Shown piece after piece: positions 25,460 to 37,148 of a stretch of DNA of 64,000 nt. The stretch is taken from positions 4,108,907 through 4,172,906 of the forward strand of contig CAVNZM010000001.1 in NCBI GenBank assembly GCA_963693365.1, read 5' to 3'. The notes below the pieces were generated by a model. It saw only the letters and a list, made by a program, of their open reading frames with translations, had not been told where the DNA came from and ran no database searches. Both the position numbers and the translations under genes were made by a program. Every line of letters begins with the position of its first letter. Position 1 is the stretch's first letter. This DNA is from Amoebidium appalachense. Taxonomy: Eukaryota; Protista; Ichthyosporea.

Positions 25460-26912
25460 TATGATAATTATGCTACCTCTGGGTGGGCGGATTTGAACAA
25501 TTTAGCGATAGGCATGCATGCTTCAAAGTTAACCGTGCACGGAACTCCGAAAGAGGAGGATAACATCCCCGGGGCCTGTCTATGCATATATGACAAACAC
25601 CGTGATGCTTGCCCGGCTCAGCTTGCATGGTACGTTGTTGATTCAAGGTTTTAACACCATTGTGACAGCTGTAGGTCTAGATACGTCGTGTGTGAATGAG
25701 AAAGCAGACACGCGCAATGATCAGTTTGCACTTAACCTTAACTGCACACCATCCTTCTTGCAGTGTCATTATGGGAATCCGCAGCTTCGGATGGAAAACT
25801 AGAAGTTGCGCATGCCTGAATCGTGACCGTGAATTATCGTACATACCAATGATGGACCTGCGTACATATATAAACGTGTATGCGGCAGGGTTTCCCTTGC
25901 TAGGGTTTTAGGTTGTGCACATTTTGTACATTTGTGATGGTTTTGTCTCAATGGCAGCGGCCGGTAGCCCTGGTAAGAAATGCCATGAGGATCATACAGT
26001 CGACGGTATTGTAGTTTGGGCCTTCAAGTTATCCTTTGCAAATTTGCACGAAAGTTTTTTGAACCATCTATTCCCGAGGTTTTCCAACCCAATTTGTTTC
26101 GAATGTGTACATTCGGATTGGTTTATAACGCATCGATGACTGATTGACCAATCGAATTCGATGCACGATCATGATGTGATGCCAATATGTAGTCTCCAAG
26201 GCTATGTACCCGCTGGCTTACGTAAGTGGCCGGGCCGGCCTACGGTCCTTCTGGCTGTAATGACCAATCACATTGCTCAAAAGTTTTAAAGCGATTATTT
26301 AATCCCATTGTATAAAAAAGCCTGGGCAGGCGGATCATGTTTTCTTTTTACTAGGAGGCTGGGTTGACGTCATTTGGAACCAATCGCCGCTCGTAAAGCC
26401 AGATCCGATTACGCGCAATCAAACTTTGTGTAGTGACTGTCGCCTGCGGCAACATACAAGGTACGTTAGAGGCCGCAGGGAGACAGCACTCAAAGTGACT
26501 AGCCAATATGCATTCCGGGGAGGCCCAACAACACAGTTGCATGCCGGCGCCCCCTAGCTTGGCGCGATCAATGATGCAGGCAACTTCACGCGGCATGCAG
26601 GCAAGATCAAAAGAGCAAAAGCGGAATCATGAAATGTACAGAAATGTACATACATACAGAAACATACGTATACGGTCAACACAAGGCAGACAGCGGTATG
26701 TGCACGTTGGTGCTTCACATCACCCGCAACTTGCTGGTCGTGCATCAAGGTTGACAACGTGAAATGATGAGCCAATGTACCTCGTCTTGTGACTTTCGGC
26801 GAGTTGCCAATTATAGTGCCCTGGTGTTTTGTGATCTGTCGATAGATCTTTCGACGCTGTTGACATCTTCCCATGTTCGTATACGCCTGCATACGCCTTA
26901 CCTATCCTTTGG

Positions 26913-26920
26913 TATAAATA
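26913..26920 (+). promoter_or_regulatory. Putative TATA box of CBM14-like gene copy 1
   Basis: TATAAATAC lies ~130 nt upstream of the ATG. The same motif and downstream context (...tgtatc.(a)cacagc) are conserved upstream of copy 2 (minus, ~43677-43685) and copy 3 (tttaaatac, ~44890-44898). Confidence 0.6.
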
Positions 26921-27045
26921 CACCCAACTCCAAGTGTATCTACACAGCACCTGCTACTCATGATCACAACAGCAATCGATATCGAGCATATACGTACGTA
27001 GAAACACTGTCAGCAAGAACAGCACCGGCTTGCCTACCCACAACC

Positions 27046-27803
27046 ATGTACTTCCTCGTTGTTCTGTCGACGCTGGTCGGGGCCGGGCTTGCGTGGACCA
27101 ACCCCAAGATGTACTGCCCGCGGGACTGGGAGAAGACCGGCAACCCCGCGTTCCCCATCCCCGGCCAGCCCACCAAGTATGTGGTCTGCGGCCACGGCAC
27201 CTCCAGCCGCATCTACGAGTGCGCCCCCAACCAGCACTTCGACCCCAAGGTACGATAGTATCCCCCCCACCCCCCAGCCCCCCAGCCCCTACCCCCTCAC
27301 CCCCCCACCCCCCAACCCCCTCGTTCCAGCTCCCCTTTCCCAACCCAATCAGCATTGTTCTTGGAAAAGAAGGAAGAAGAGAAAGAAGGAAAGAAGAAAT
27401 TTGAAGAACAAAAACATCATGCTTAACGGGAAAATGCTGCCATCTGCTTATAGCCTCCTTGTACAGTAGATACAGTTCATTATCATTTTGAAAATCATTT
27501 CTTCTTGCATCATCAACAACATTGCAGCATGCAAGGTACAGTAATTACTGTATAACCCTATGCAATATTGGTAGGCCTCTCATTCCTCATTGTCCATGTG
27601 CATAGGTCCGCCAGTGTGCCTGGAACGACGTTCCTCCCGTGGACATGTATCCCTGCCCCAAGGACTGGGCTACGCGCTCCTACAACGCCTACCCCGACCC
27701 CACCGACCCCCACAAGTACTATGTGTGCGGCAACCAGGGCTCACGCAAACTCAGCTGCCCCTACGGTCTGAAATTCAATGTGGATCTTCACTACTGCGCC
27801 TGA
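27046..27803 (+). CDS. Secreted 133-aa protein with two chitin-binding type-2 (peritrophin-A/CBM14)-like domains, copy 1
   Basis: Exons 27046-27249 and 27606-27803 (GT-AG, phase 0). Hydrophobic signal peptide MYFLVVLSTLVGAGLA. Domains CPRD..FPIPGQPTKYVVC..YECAPNQHFDPKVRQCAW and CPKD..YPDPTDPHKYYVC..LSCPYGLKFNVDLHYC match the CBM14 YxxC...CPxGLxF...C pattern. Confidence 0.85.
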
Positions 27804-28312
27804 TTTATGTTGGTGCCCAGTTAGGCTACCCACCGACCTTGGCAGTATACTTTTTGTCTTCAAGTGTAAATACACATGTGGAGTGTATAATATATTATTA
27901 AATAATGTAATGATACGAAGTACAGTAGTGGTGAGAATACCATAAAGTTGTGTGGGCAAGCGGTTTGGGCGATTTGGGATAACAGGTCGTTTTGCATCAT
28001 GGCAGTTGTTCTCAATATTTGGCAAAGTTTGACTGTAATCATGTAAGTCGACGCCTGTTGAGTTTGGCACACGAGGTTGTGCCATTGTATATACTATATT
28101 GCCTTGAAATTTATATGTGAATGTAAAAGCACCGTCATTAAACAGCCCTTAAATTGAGCCAACCCCGTTCCTTTTTTGCCAGTTTCCTTTGACAGCCTGC
28201 CAAGAGTGCACCCCACATGTGAGAGATATCTGTGTGTGTGGTAACGGTTGTGGGCTACTGAACTACGATGAATATACTTTTCTTTACACCCCCTCGGAAC
28301 ACAGTGCCAGCC

Positions 28313-28346
<34 letters not shown>

Positions 28347-28545
28347 CGCCCACCCTCCCTTTCACCCTCCCTTTTCCCCTCCCCCTTTTCCCCCTTTTCC
28401 ATGTGAGGCAACCTCCAGCTGTATGCACACAAACACGCGTGCCTAAGTGAGACATCAAAGCATATAGGCATGCCTACTTGGCTCACGTCCAAAATGAAAG
28501 AAATACATGTCTTGCATTGTCAGCCACCCCCCCCCCCCCCCCCCT

Positions 28546-28607
28546 GTTGCGGTACTGGATGTACCGTGAATCGGCGTACCCCTACGCTGAGTCATGCCAG
28601 GTACTCA

Positions 28608-28613
<6 letters not shown>
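28546..28613. repeat. 68-nt structured cassette, copy 1 (inverted copy at 34797-34864)
   Basis: gttgcggtactggatgtaccgtgaatcggcgtacccctacgctgagtcatgccaggtactcagtgccc is the reverse complement of 34797-34864 with one substitution. It is embedded in poly-C. Confidence 0.9.
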
Positions 28614-28639
<26 letters not shown>

Positions 28640-28992
28640 TTTTTTGGTGACAGTGTTGGGACAGTGAGCACACAAATATGGCTTTTTGCTTATCAAAGAC
28701 GGACAAATCCAGACACCACTGTGACTGCGGCAGTGCAGCCCAAGAAATATGTTGGCTACATGGGACATGGCCCGGATGGCATATATTATGTTCGATTTCA
28801 TCAGAGTAACTTAGTAGTACAACTTGAATGTCATGTGTACACGTGCACAAGACAAAGGCTAAACAATGTGATATGGCATTCAGTGATAATAATATCATGG
28901 CATTCGAGTCTTCACGCTCAGGCAATTTCGAATCATTATTGACCACAAGATGATGTGCGGTCCGCATAATGTACATGCATCACGCAGACATA

Positions 28993-29293
28993 AGGGCCCA
29001 ACCACATCGGCTGAGTCAACTGGCTCCGAGCAGAATTATTCTGTAAAGAGCAGTATTATGCAGATTTATGCTGCTAAAAGCAGAATTATTCTGCTGTCGA
29101 AAGCAGCATAATTCTGCCTTTTGCGGAATAATTCTGCTAAAAGAAGAATGATTCTGCTAAAAGCAGAATGGTTCTGCTCACTGAGAATAATTCTGCTGTT
29201 GCAGAATATTTCTGCTTTTTGCGGAATAATTCCGCTTTTTGCGGCATAATTCTGCTTTTTGGAAGTTTGCTCTGCCGATGTGGTTGGGCCCTT
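28993..29293. mobile_element. Foldback-like non-autonomous TIR element, copy 2 (opposite orientation to copy 1)
   Basis: Perfect TIR AGGGCCCAACCACATCGGC / GCCGATGTGGTTGGGCCCT with the same palindromic GCAGAATNATTCTGC array. ACATA occurs on both flanks (28988-28992, 29294-29298). Confidence 0.85.
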
Positions 29294-29630
29294 ACATAGC
29301 TAGACATAAATGTGTGTGTTAAGGGGAAGCCCCATGGCCACATTGCAAACCCGAAGTTCAGCAGTCCACAATTTGATCAAACCTCATAATTGAGCACAAT
29401 TGATCAAAACATACACAGAGCTAACTTTCTTCACGTTGACGTACACCAAACCGTAATTCTGGTAATTCCTTAATAATCCGGGTCCCGCAAAAGCACATTT
29501 TATTTGAAACCGAACTCCATCTCAGTGACACCCCAGCGACCATCTTGTTAAAGTGCCGCTCGACATGCCCTTTCCTATCTTTGTGGCTGCATTAGTTGGT
29601 GGGTGTGGTCGTTTAAATTTCTCGAGATCT

Positions 29631-30347
<717 letters not shown>

Positions 30348-32189
30348 TAGCACATCGGCACTCAGTGAGTGGTGAAGGTGCCATAGCACGTTTGCAACCA
30401 GGGCACTGAAATGCTGCATGTGCATGCATATTATTTTTATTTCGTCACGATGTGTGCATATTGCGCGCTAGGAGAATTAAAGGTTGGTGGGAGGAAGTTG
30501 CAATAGCTTTATGCGATGCATTTTAGGGTGATAATCGTAATTTTGTTCGAGATAGGTGCTCACGTGTGTGCACATAGAGTCTGTGTGTCTGCACATGTAT
30601 GTGTGTACACATGTCTCTCTGTGTGTGTGTGGACGTATGTTTATCATGTCTCTGTCCGTCCGTGAGTGCCTGTGTGTGTGTGTGTGTGTGTGAACATATA
30701 CGTCGTGTGTGTGTGTGCGCGCGCGCGTGTGTGTGTGCTTGTGTGCGTGCGTGCGTGTGTGCGTGTGTGTGTGTGTGTGATAGGGAGGGTGTGTGCGTGT
30801 GCGTGCGTGCGCGCGCGCGCGCGTGTGTCTGTACATGTACGTGCTTGTAGGTGTGTACGTGTGTACGTGTGTGTGTGTGCGCGCGTGTGTGTGCGTGTGC
30901 GTGTGTGTGTGGGTAGGTGGGTGGGCGTGCAAGTGTGTGCGTGTGTGGGTGCAGGTGTGAGCATCTGTGCGTGTGTGTGTGTGCGTGTGTGCACGTGTTT
31001 GTGCCTGTGTGGTGTACATGTGTGTTTGTATGTATGTGTGTGTGTGTCTGTATTGGGGAATAGAGCTCTTCAGGGAGTCAGAGGGGAGGGGATAGGGTAG
31101 GGGAGACTCTCTTGTACAGGTAGTCATATATAGAGCTTAGAGGGTGCTCTGTGGTGCCACAGTGAGTCCCACTCGCCATTGCTACTCGCCCTTGAGCGGG
31201 TTCCGGATTGAATTTCGAACCCTGCTGAGTCATTCTTGGCTTGTCCAATTACAGGTGGCCAACGTTCTGGCCAACGGTACAGGTGATCCGACCATCGTGT
31301 ATCAATCGGCACCGTGGTCCGCGGCCCTTCCGTTGCTCGGTAGGCCGGCTCACAGATATCTTTGTCTACCAGTCAGTGCCGCATCATAATTTTCCATATC
31401 TGTTCTCATTTCGATGCATTTTCAAGCACCACTTGACCAACAAGTATGATATCATCATGTAAAGTTGGGCGCCCGCCGCGGGCGCACAAGAAGTTCGGCA
31501 ATCTTGGAATGCAAACTGTTCACCAATCAAAGTTGCCGATCTATCTAGAATCTAGATTGGTTACAGGAGGCTGTGGGCATGCGCAGCGGATCACCGTGAC
31601 TCAGCGGGCATGCAGCGGGCTCAGGACTCTTGCACGTGAATGGCATACAACCTCCTTTTGGACATCAGAGGTTATAGAACTTCCAGGTTTTTTTCAATCT
31701 TCCAGAAACATAGAAACACAAGGATATGCATATGTGTGATGAACTCAACCAAGAGCCCGGATGCTTATAATATATACAGTGAATGCATGTGATCGACTCA
31801 GTTGGGTATGAAGCCAACGTATTTTGGAAATGCTAAAAAATACCTCCCAAGACAAGGACAAACAAAAAAGTAGGAATATCCATTTCTATTCGATGGGCCT
31901 CTATGTACTGTCTCCCCCCCCCCCCCCCCTCCCCCCCCTCTCTCTCTCTCTGCTCCCCCTCTCCCCCTTGAGCCCCTCCCTCCCCCGCTCCCTCCCTCAC
32001 GCTCCCTGCGGAGCTACCTCCTTTCCTTGCCAACTCTTTCTTATCTCTAGAACCCTTTTAATCTCGCTCTTCTCTCTCTCTGTCTTTCTTTCTCTTGAGT
32101 GCACATCCACGAACAAACGCGCACAACTTTGCACACGCGTAGCAATGGCTCAGGCTAGCGTGTATTTGTAAACATGTACATCGTGGTCA

Positions 32190-32223
<34 letters not shown>

Positions 32224-32272
32224 ATCATGATGTGTGTGCGTGCGTGCATGCGTGCGTGCGCACGCGCGCGCG

Positions 32273-32374
<102 letters not shown>

Positions 32375-32389
32375 CTGTGTGTGGGTGTT

Positions 32390-33610
32390 TTTTATTCCGT
32401 TTTTTCCCCGGGGGACCCTTAGGGCTCCATCATGGGAAGTACCGTCTTCCACTGCTAAAAGAGCTAATGGTGCCTTCAGCGAAGCTAACATGTGCACGTC
32501 TTTACAGATCCTAACTTGTAATACGGTTTGGGCCTCGGCCTCGCTTGTGGGGAAGTGTTTTTATTTATTTTTTATTTATTTTATCACGTTTTGTTCCCGG
32601 AGGGCCTTTTCAGGCCCTCTAGGGAAACTACCGTCTACCACACAGCACCGACAGTACACTAGTTAAGGTGCTATCTATGAGTTCAGCTAAGCTAAACCAT
32701 CCTTCACAACCTAACTATAAGTACACACTTTGCCCAGGGCTACTACCCCAGCCACGCCGGCAGGAGGCTCTAGTCCTCCCCTCCATTCAAAACCTAGCAA
32801 TAAACGTTAACCGAGGGCTCTCATTGGTCGATCTACAGTATTGGGAAGTCCTAGGTGTTGTGTATAATATTTACGGTGGGTATGGGTGGATGATGGGGTG
32901 TGGTGGTGGTGGTGGTGGGGGGTTGCTGCCTAACATTATGTGTTGGTGTACGTATGTTGTGGCGATGTTTTTGTGGACTAAAAGGTGGGTTTTACAGGGC
33001 ACACCGGGTCTGTGGGTGTTCCGGCATTCAGAACAGGCCGGCCGGGTGTGTGTGGGGGGTGTATTTGTTGGTTTTTTGGGTTTTTGGAGAGCCATACTTT
33101 TCTTTCTACGGGTGGTGGGTATATGGTGGTGTTTTTGCATTTTAGGGTGGGTGGGGGGGAGTGTTGTGTTCCGTGGGTGCCAAATTTTTGAAAAGAAAAA
33201 GGATTGCAACTCTACTGTGATTTTTCCTAAGATGGCCCGGGTGGTGGTCTTGGTGGTGCCGGTGGCTGCAAGTAGTGGGCCCACCGATCGTGGGCAGAAT
33301 CCCCGTTCGACCCACTTGGTGTCTTCGGGGTCAGGTGGGTCACCGTTGCCTCCTATCCAGTTTATCCATGCACATTGGTCTACCACCGTGGCTGCCGTAT
33401 GGTGGTGCTGTGCCGTGGGGGTGTTTGGATGACGAGTGTGCAGGACGTTGTGGATGCAGGCTGTGATGGCGGTGGTCAGGGTGGGGACTTCCCCGGCATG
33501 GGCCGGGCAGGCCCAGAGGTGGGTGGTGGTCTCAGGGTGCTGGCTGCACCGGGGGCATGTGGGCTGTGTAACGACGGTGGGGTGATCTCGGTGTAGCCGT
33601 GCCATGGTGT
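32390..33610 (-). mobile_element. 5'-truncated non-LTR retrotransposon fragment (ORF2 C-terminus plus 3' UTR)
   Basis: The non-repetitive part of ORF 32871-33800 contains CPRCSQHPETTTHLWAC (C-x2-C-x8-H-x3-C), the zinc-knuckle type found after the RT domain in LINE ORF2. It is followed by a 3' UTR ending in an (AAAT)n-like tail (plus-strand T-rich 32557-32584) and a second similar end at ~32390-32450. The 5' side abuts a (CA)n array. No RT is visible. Confidence 0.6.
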
Positions 33611-33735
33611 GGGGAAGTGTGTGTCTGTATGTTTTTTGTGCGCGCGCGCGTGTGTGTGTGTGTGCGTGTGCTTGTGCGCGTATGTATGTGCGTGTGTGTG
33701 CGTGTGTGCGTGTGTGCGTGTGTGTGTGTGTGTGC

Positions 33736-33789
<54 letters not shown>

Positions 33790-34635
33790 CGTGTGCGCAC
33801 GCGCGTGTGTGTGTGTGTAGGCGCGCGTGTGTGTGTGTATATTTTCCAGTGTGCCCGTAAGTGTGGTGAAATTCGACATCATATGTCGTTCATTGACATT
33901 CATCGTGATCACTCGATCAAATTCAAAGACTAGGCATATCTGAATCACATGCATAATTATGCACACATCATAACAAGTACTATATGATTGTGATTATCAT
34001 TATCGAACCCAAACTTGACACCTACGCGACAACTCAGCAATCCCTGGGTACATGATCGATACCAGGTCCTGTATGGTAGGCATTTGCAGTGTGGACTCGT
34101 GCAAGGCTGGGTGCTATGCAAAAGCGATGTTTGCTTATCACATCATGGCAGTGCCGTGCGCCACTGAAGCTTAAAAGGAAAAATTGGCCAAGTCCATGCA
34201 TTTATATCTTTGTCACAATTGCACGTGGTCGTGATTTCCGTTCGTCATCAATAGACTAAGTTCACAAATACTATCAACAACAGTTCCCGTCGATGTGTGC
34301 TGATGTGTGTTTCGAAGTGTGGCAATGGGGAGGTGGGGATAGCTATAGGTATACCATGTGAGGGGGCCACGGGCCTGGGGCTCAGAAAGTAACGGGAGAC
34401 ATCAGCACCTGGAAAAAAAGGAAGTGTGACCAACCTTCAGGGTCATAGACAAACGACTGCACACAACTGGCTTATAATATGTTGCAACTGGCAGAATAAT
34501 GTTGTAACATCGTGAGCAAAGTGAAACACATAATGTCGAGTCCACCCACCCCCATTCCTCCTCAAGCAAGAGAATAATACTTTCAAACAAAGAAAGCGAA
34601 AATTCAATAAATAGACATGAGATTCAGATCCCACG

Positions 34636-34672
34636 GTTGTTGTTATTGTTGTTGTTGTTGTTCTTGTAACAG

Positions 34673-34706
<34 letters not shown>

Positions 34707-34709
34707 CGC

Positions 34710-34761
<52 letters not shown>

Positions 34762-34762
34762 G
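34636..34762. repeat. (GTT)n trinucleotide microsatellite
   Basis: About 40 GTT units with few interruptions. Confidence 0.95.
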
Positions 34763-34796
34763 GAGGGGGGAGGGGGAGGGGGGGGGGGAGGGGGGC

Positions 34797-34864
34797 GGGC
34801 ACTGAGTACCTGGCGTGACTCAGCGTAGGGGTACGCCGATTCACGGTACATCCAGTACCGCAAC
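34797..34864. repeat. 68-nt structured cassette, copy 2
   Basis: Reverse complement of 28546-28613, flanked by G- and C-tracts. Confidence 0.9.
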
Positions 34865-35307
34865 CCCCCCCCCCCCCCTCCCCCCTCCCTCTGCCTCCCT
34901 CCCTCCCCTCCCGCTACAATCTTCCCTCAGCCTAGTCCCTCCCTTCCTTATACACACACACCGACCTCTCTCGTTCTGGAACTCCTCTGCCAGTGTGCCG
35001 CCTTGCAAATGTTCCACACGTGTGTCGTACAGTTTGCAGCTATGCCGATTGATTTTATTTCGTGCAGCGAAATAATAATACTGATAATAATAATAATAAT
35101 ACTATGATAATATTAATGTTAAAAAACGAACAAGCGGGTTCTAGCGACGAAGGCTGGTATGCCCAATAAATTCACTAAGCAGAAGTTATTCTCCACACCA
35201 AATGTGGTGGTTCTAGGGAGATGGATTTCTCCATATAATATGTCATCGGAATGTTGGTGCGTGCCACGTGCCACGGCTTCAAAGCTTGTTTGAATGGGTG
35301 GGTGGGT

Positions 35308-35347
<40 letters not shown>

Positions 35348-35427
35348 AGGGGGAAGGAAGCATGGATTGGGAAGGGGGGAGGGAGGGGGGGAAGAAGGGT
35401 AATGGTTGTGGGGGAGGTATCGGGGAT

Positions 35428-36192
35428 TGTTGGAGTACACTGGTACTCCCGGCTAGCAATGTCTGTTAGAGAAAGTTTCTGAGCAATTGAATAACTGTTT
35501 CAACACTCACTCGAGTGCATAGAGCTTTTGTTTACGGTCATATTCATATATGGTAGTTATATGTTTGAGCCAAAACTGTACCAATGACGAGCTTCACTAG
35601 CAACGTGCTAATTGTGCTCATTAATTAATATTCCCGGTTCAGATGATGTCATGTCTATATTTGCCACAGGATTCTATTCTTAGAGTGGTAGTGTGCTTTA
35701 TTCCCGGATATTCTCAGAATATTTTTAGTTGTGTGAAGCAAGATTTACGTTTAACTGCAATTGGTGTGTTAAACACGTTTATTTGTGTGCTTTAGTGCAA
35801 GTTAACTAGCCACTCAACGTGCACAGTTAACTTTTATATCTTTAACGACTTGTTTTCATTGTGCTCTCTTTTCGGCCATGCTGTACATGGCCCACCACCA
35901 GGGTGCACACGAGGCCACCATGAGGTGGCCAACGACTATATAAAGCAGTGCCTCCCATGTCACAAACATGGGAAGCAGAACGTTTGATTTACACTTTTCT
36001 ACTGTCGTTTCCAGTGCACAAAACACATAGACTAGTTACCCATCATACACGACACTATGTCTGACAACTTACAGTTGCAGCAACTAGTCCAACTACTGGA
36101 GCAGAGGTTGGCCTCACAAGATGCAATCATTTCTGACTTACAGAAGGAACAACGTGCACTAGAACTAGCTTCTATGAACACAATGTCCAACA
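35428..36192 (+). repeat. 5' LTR
   Basis: TG...CA ends with a 7-bp terminal inverted repeat. No differences from the 3' LTR were seen by eye. TATA-like tatataaa at 35937-35944. Confidence 0.97.
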
Positions 36193-37148
36193 GGGTTATG
36201 GGCCCCTCACGTAATGATTCCATCAAGTTCAAGGTCGACATCCCTCTCTTCACTGGCATTGATAATGATTCAGGCACGGACTACCACACATGGGCCGAAA
36301 CCATGTATGTCCAGCTTTCTGGTGCTGGTCTTCTCCACACCATCGCGCCCAGTACGGAGCACCCGGCTACCCGTGAACAGGTCGACACTGCCCGTTCCTA
36401 CCTGTGGCAAGCACTCTCGATTGACGTGCGTTGTATCCTAGGGTTAACACGCACCACCACACCTGCGGAGATATGGTCGGCCCTATCTGCCCACTACCTG
36501 GAGCAATCTGAGGCCAATCAGTACGACCTTATCGGGCTGTACATGAATTCTACGCCTGAACCTACGGACACCGCGACGAAATACGCCATGAAACTCCGCG
36601 GCTACGTGCGGCGCCTGGCCGATTACGGCACACAAATTGGTGATGCTCAAGTGCTGACCAAGCTCACCAACGACCTCGGCAAGGTGCCTTACTACGAAAT
36701 GCCTGTAATTGCCTACAAGATGACACCCAAGCCTACCGTGATGGGCCTCCTCCAACAGCTACGGGCATATGAGACCAGCCACCCACGTGCACGTGTGACT
36801 ACCAGCTCCGGGCCGGCCGCCTTCACCACACGGGCTCCTCAACCTGTCATCTGCCACGGCTGCGGCAAACCAGGCCACATCAAGTCTCAGTGCCCCAACG
36901 GCAACGGCCAACACAGCAACTCTGGCAACAACCGTGCCAGCACCTACCCCAAGGGTTCCTGCGTCAACCACCCACTGTCTACCAGTCACACTACCGCCAT
37001 GTGCAAGGGGGGCAACCGTGCCAACGGCCGCAAACCTAAGGGTGGTCCCCTCCTGCCTGGGTCCTGCATCAACCACCCTGCCTCTACTACCCACACTACG
37101 GCACAGTGCAAGGGGGGCTGCCGCTCCCCGGGCTTTCCTCATGTCTAG
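36057..37148 (+). CDS. gag: Copia Gag (363 aa)
   Basis: ATG lies inside the 5' LTR. Copia gag-like segments (LFTG...DYHTWAETM, TPAEIWSALSAHY), a CCHC knuckle CHGCGKPGHIKSQC, then two CxxHx5Hx4C repeats. Ends in TAG. Confidence 0.9.
   Translation: MSDNLQLQQLVQLLEQRLASQDAIISDLQKEQRALELASMNTMSNRVMGPSRNDSIKFKVDIPLFTGIDNDSGTDYHTWAETMYVQLSGAGLLHTIAPSTEHPATREQVDTARSYLWQALSIDVRCILGLTRTTTPAEIWSALSAHYLEQSEANQYDLIGLYMNSTPEPTDTATKYAMKLRGYVRRLADYGTQIGDAQVLTKLTNDLGKVPYYEMPVIAYKMTPKPTVMGLLQQLRAYETSHPRARVTTSSGPAAFTTRAPQPVICHGCGKPGHIKSQCPNGNGQHSNSGNNRASTYPKGSCVNHPLSTSHTTAMCKGGNRANGRKPKGGPLLPGSCINHPASTTHTTAQCKGGCRSPGFPHV
36193..36205 (+). promoter_or_regulatory. Primer-binding site complementary to the tRNAiMet anticodon stem-loop (half-tRNA priming)
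   Basis: GGGTTATGGGCCC immediately follows the LTR. It resembles the Drosophila copia / yeast Ty5 internal PBS (GGTTATG(G/A)GCCC) rather than a TGG 3'-CCA-type PBS. Confidence 0.85.
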
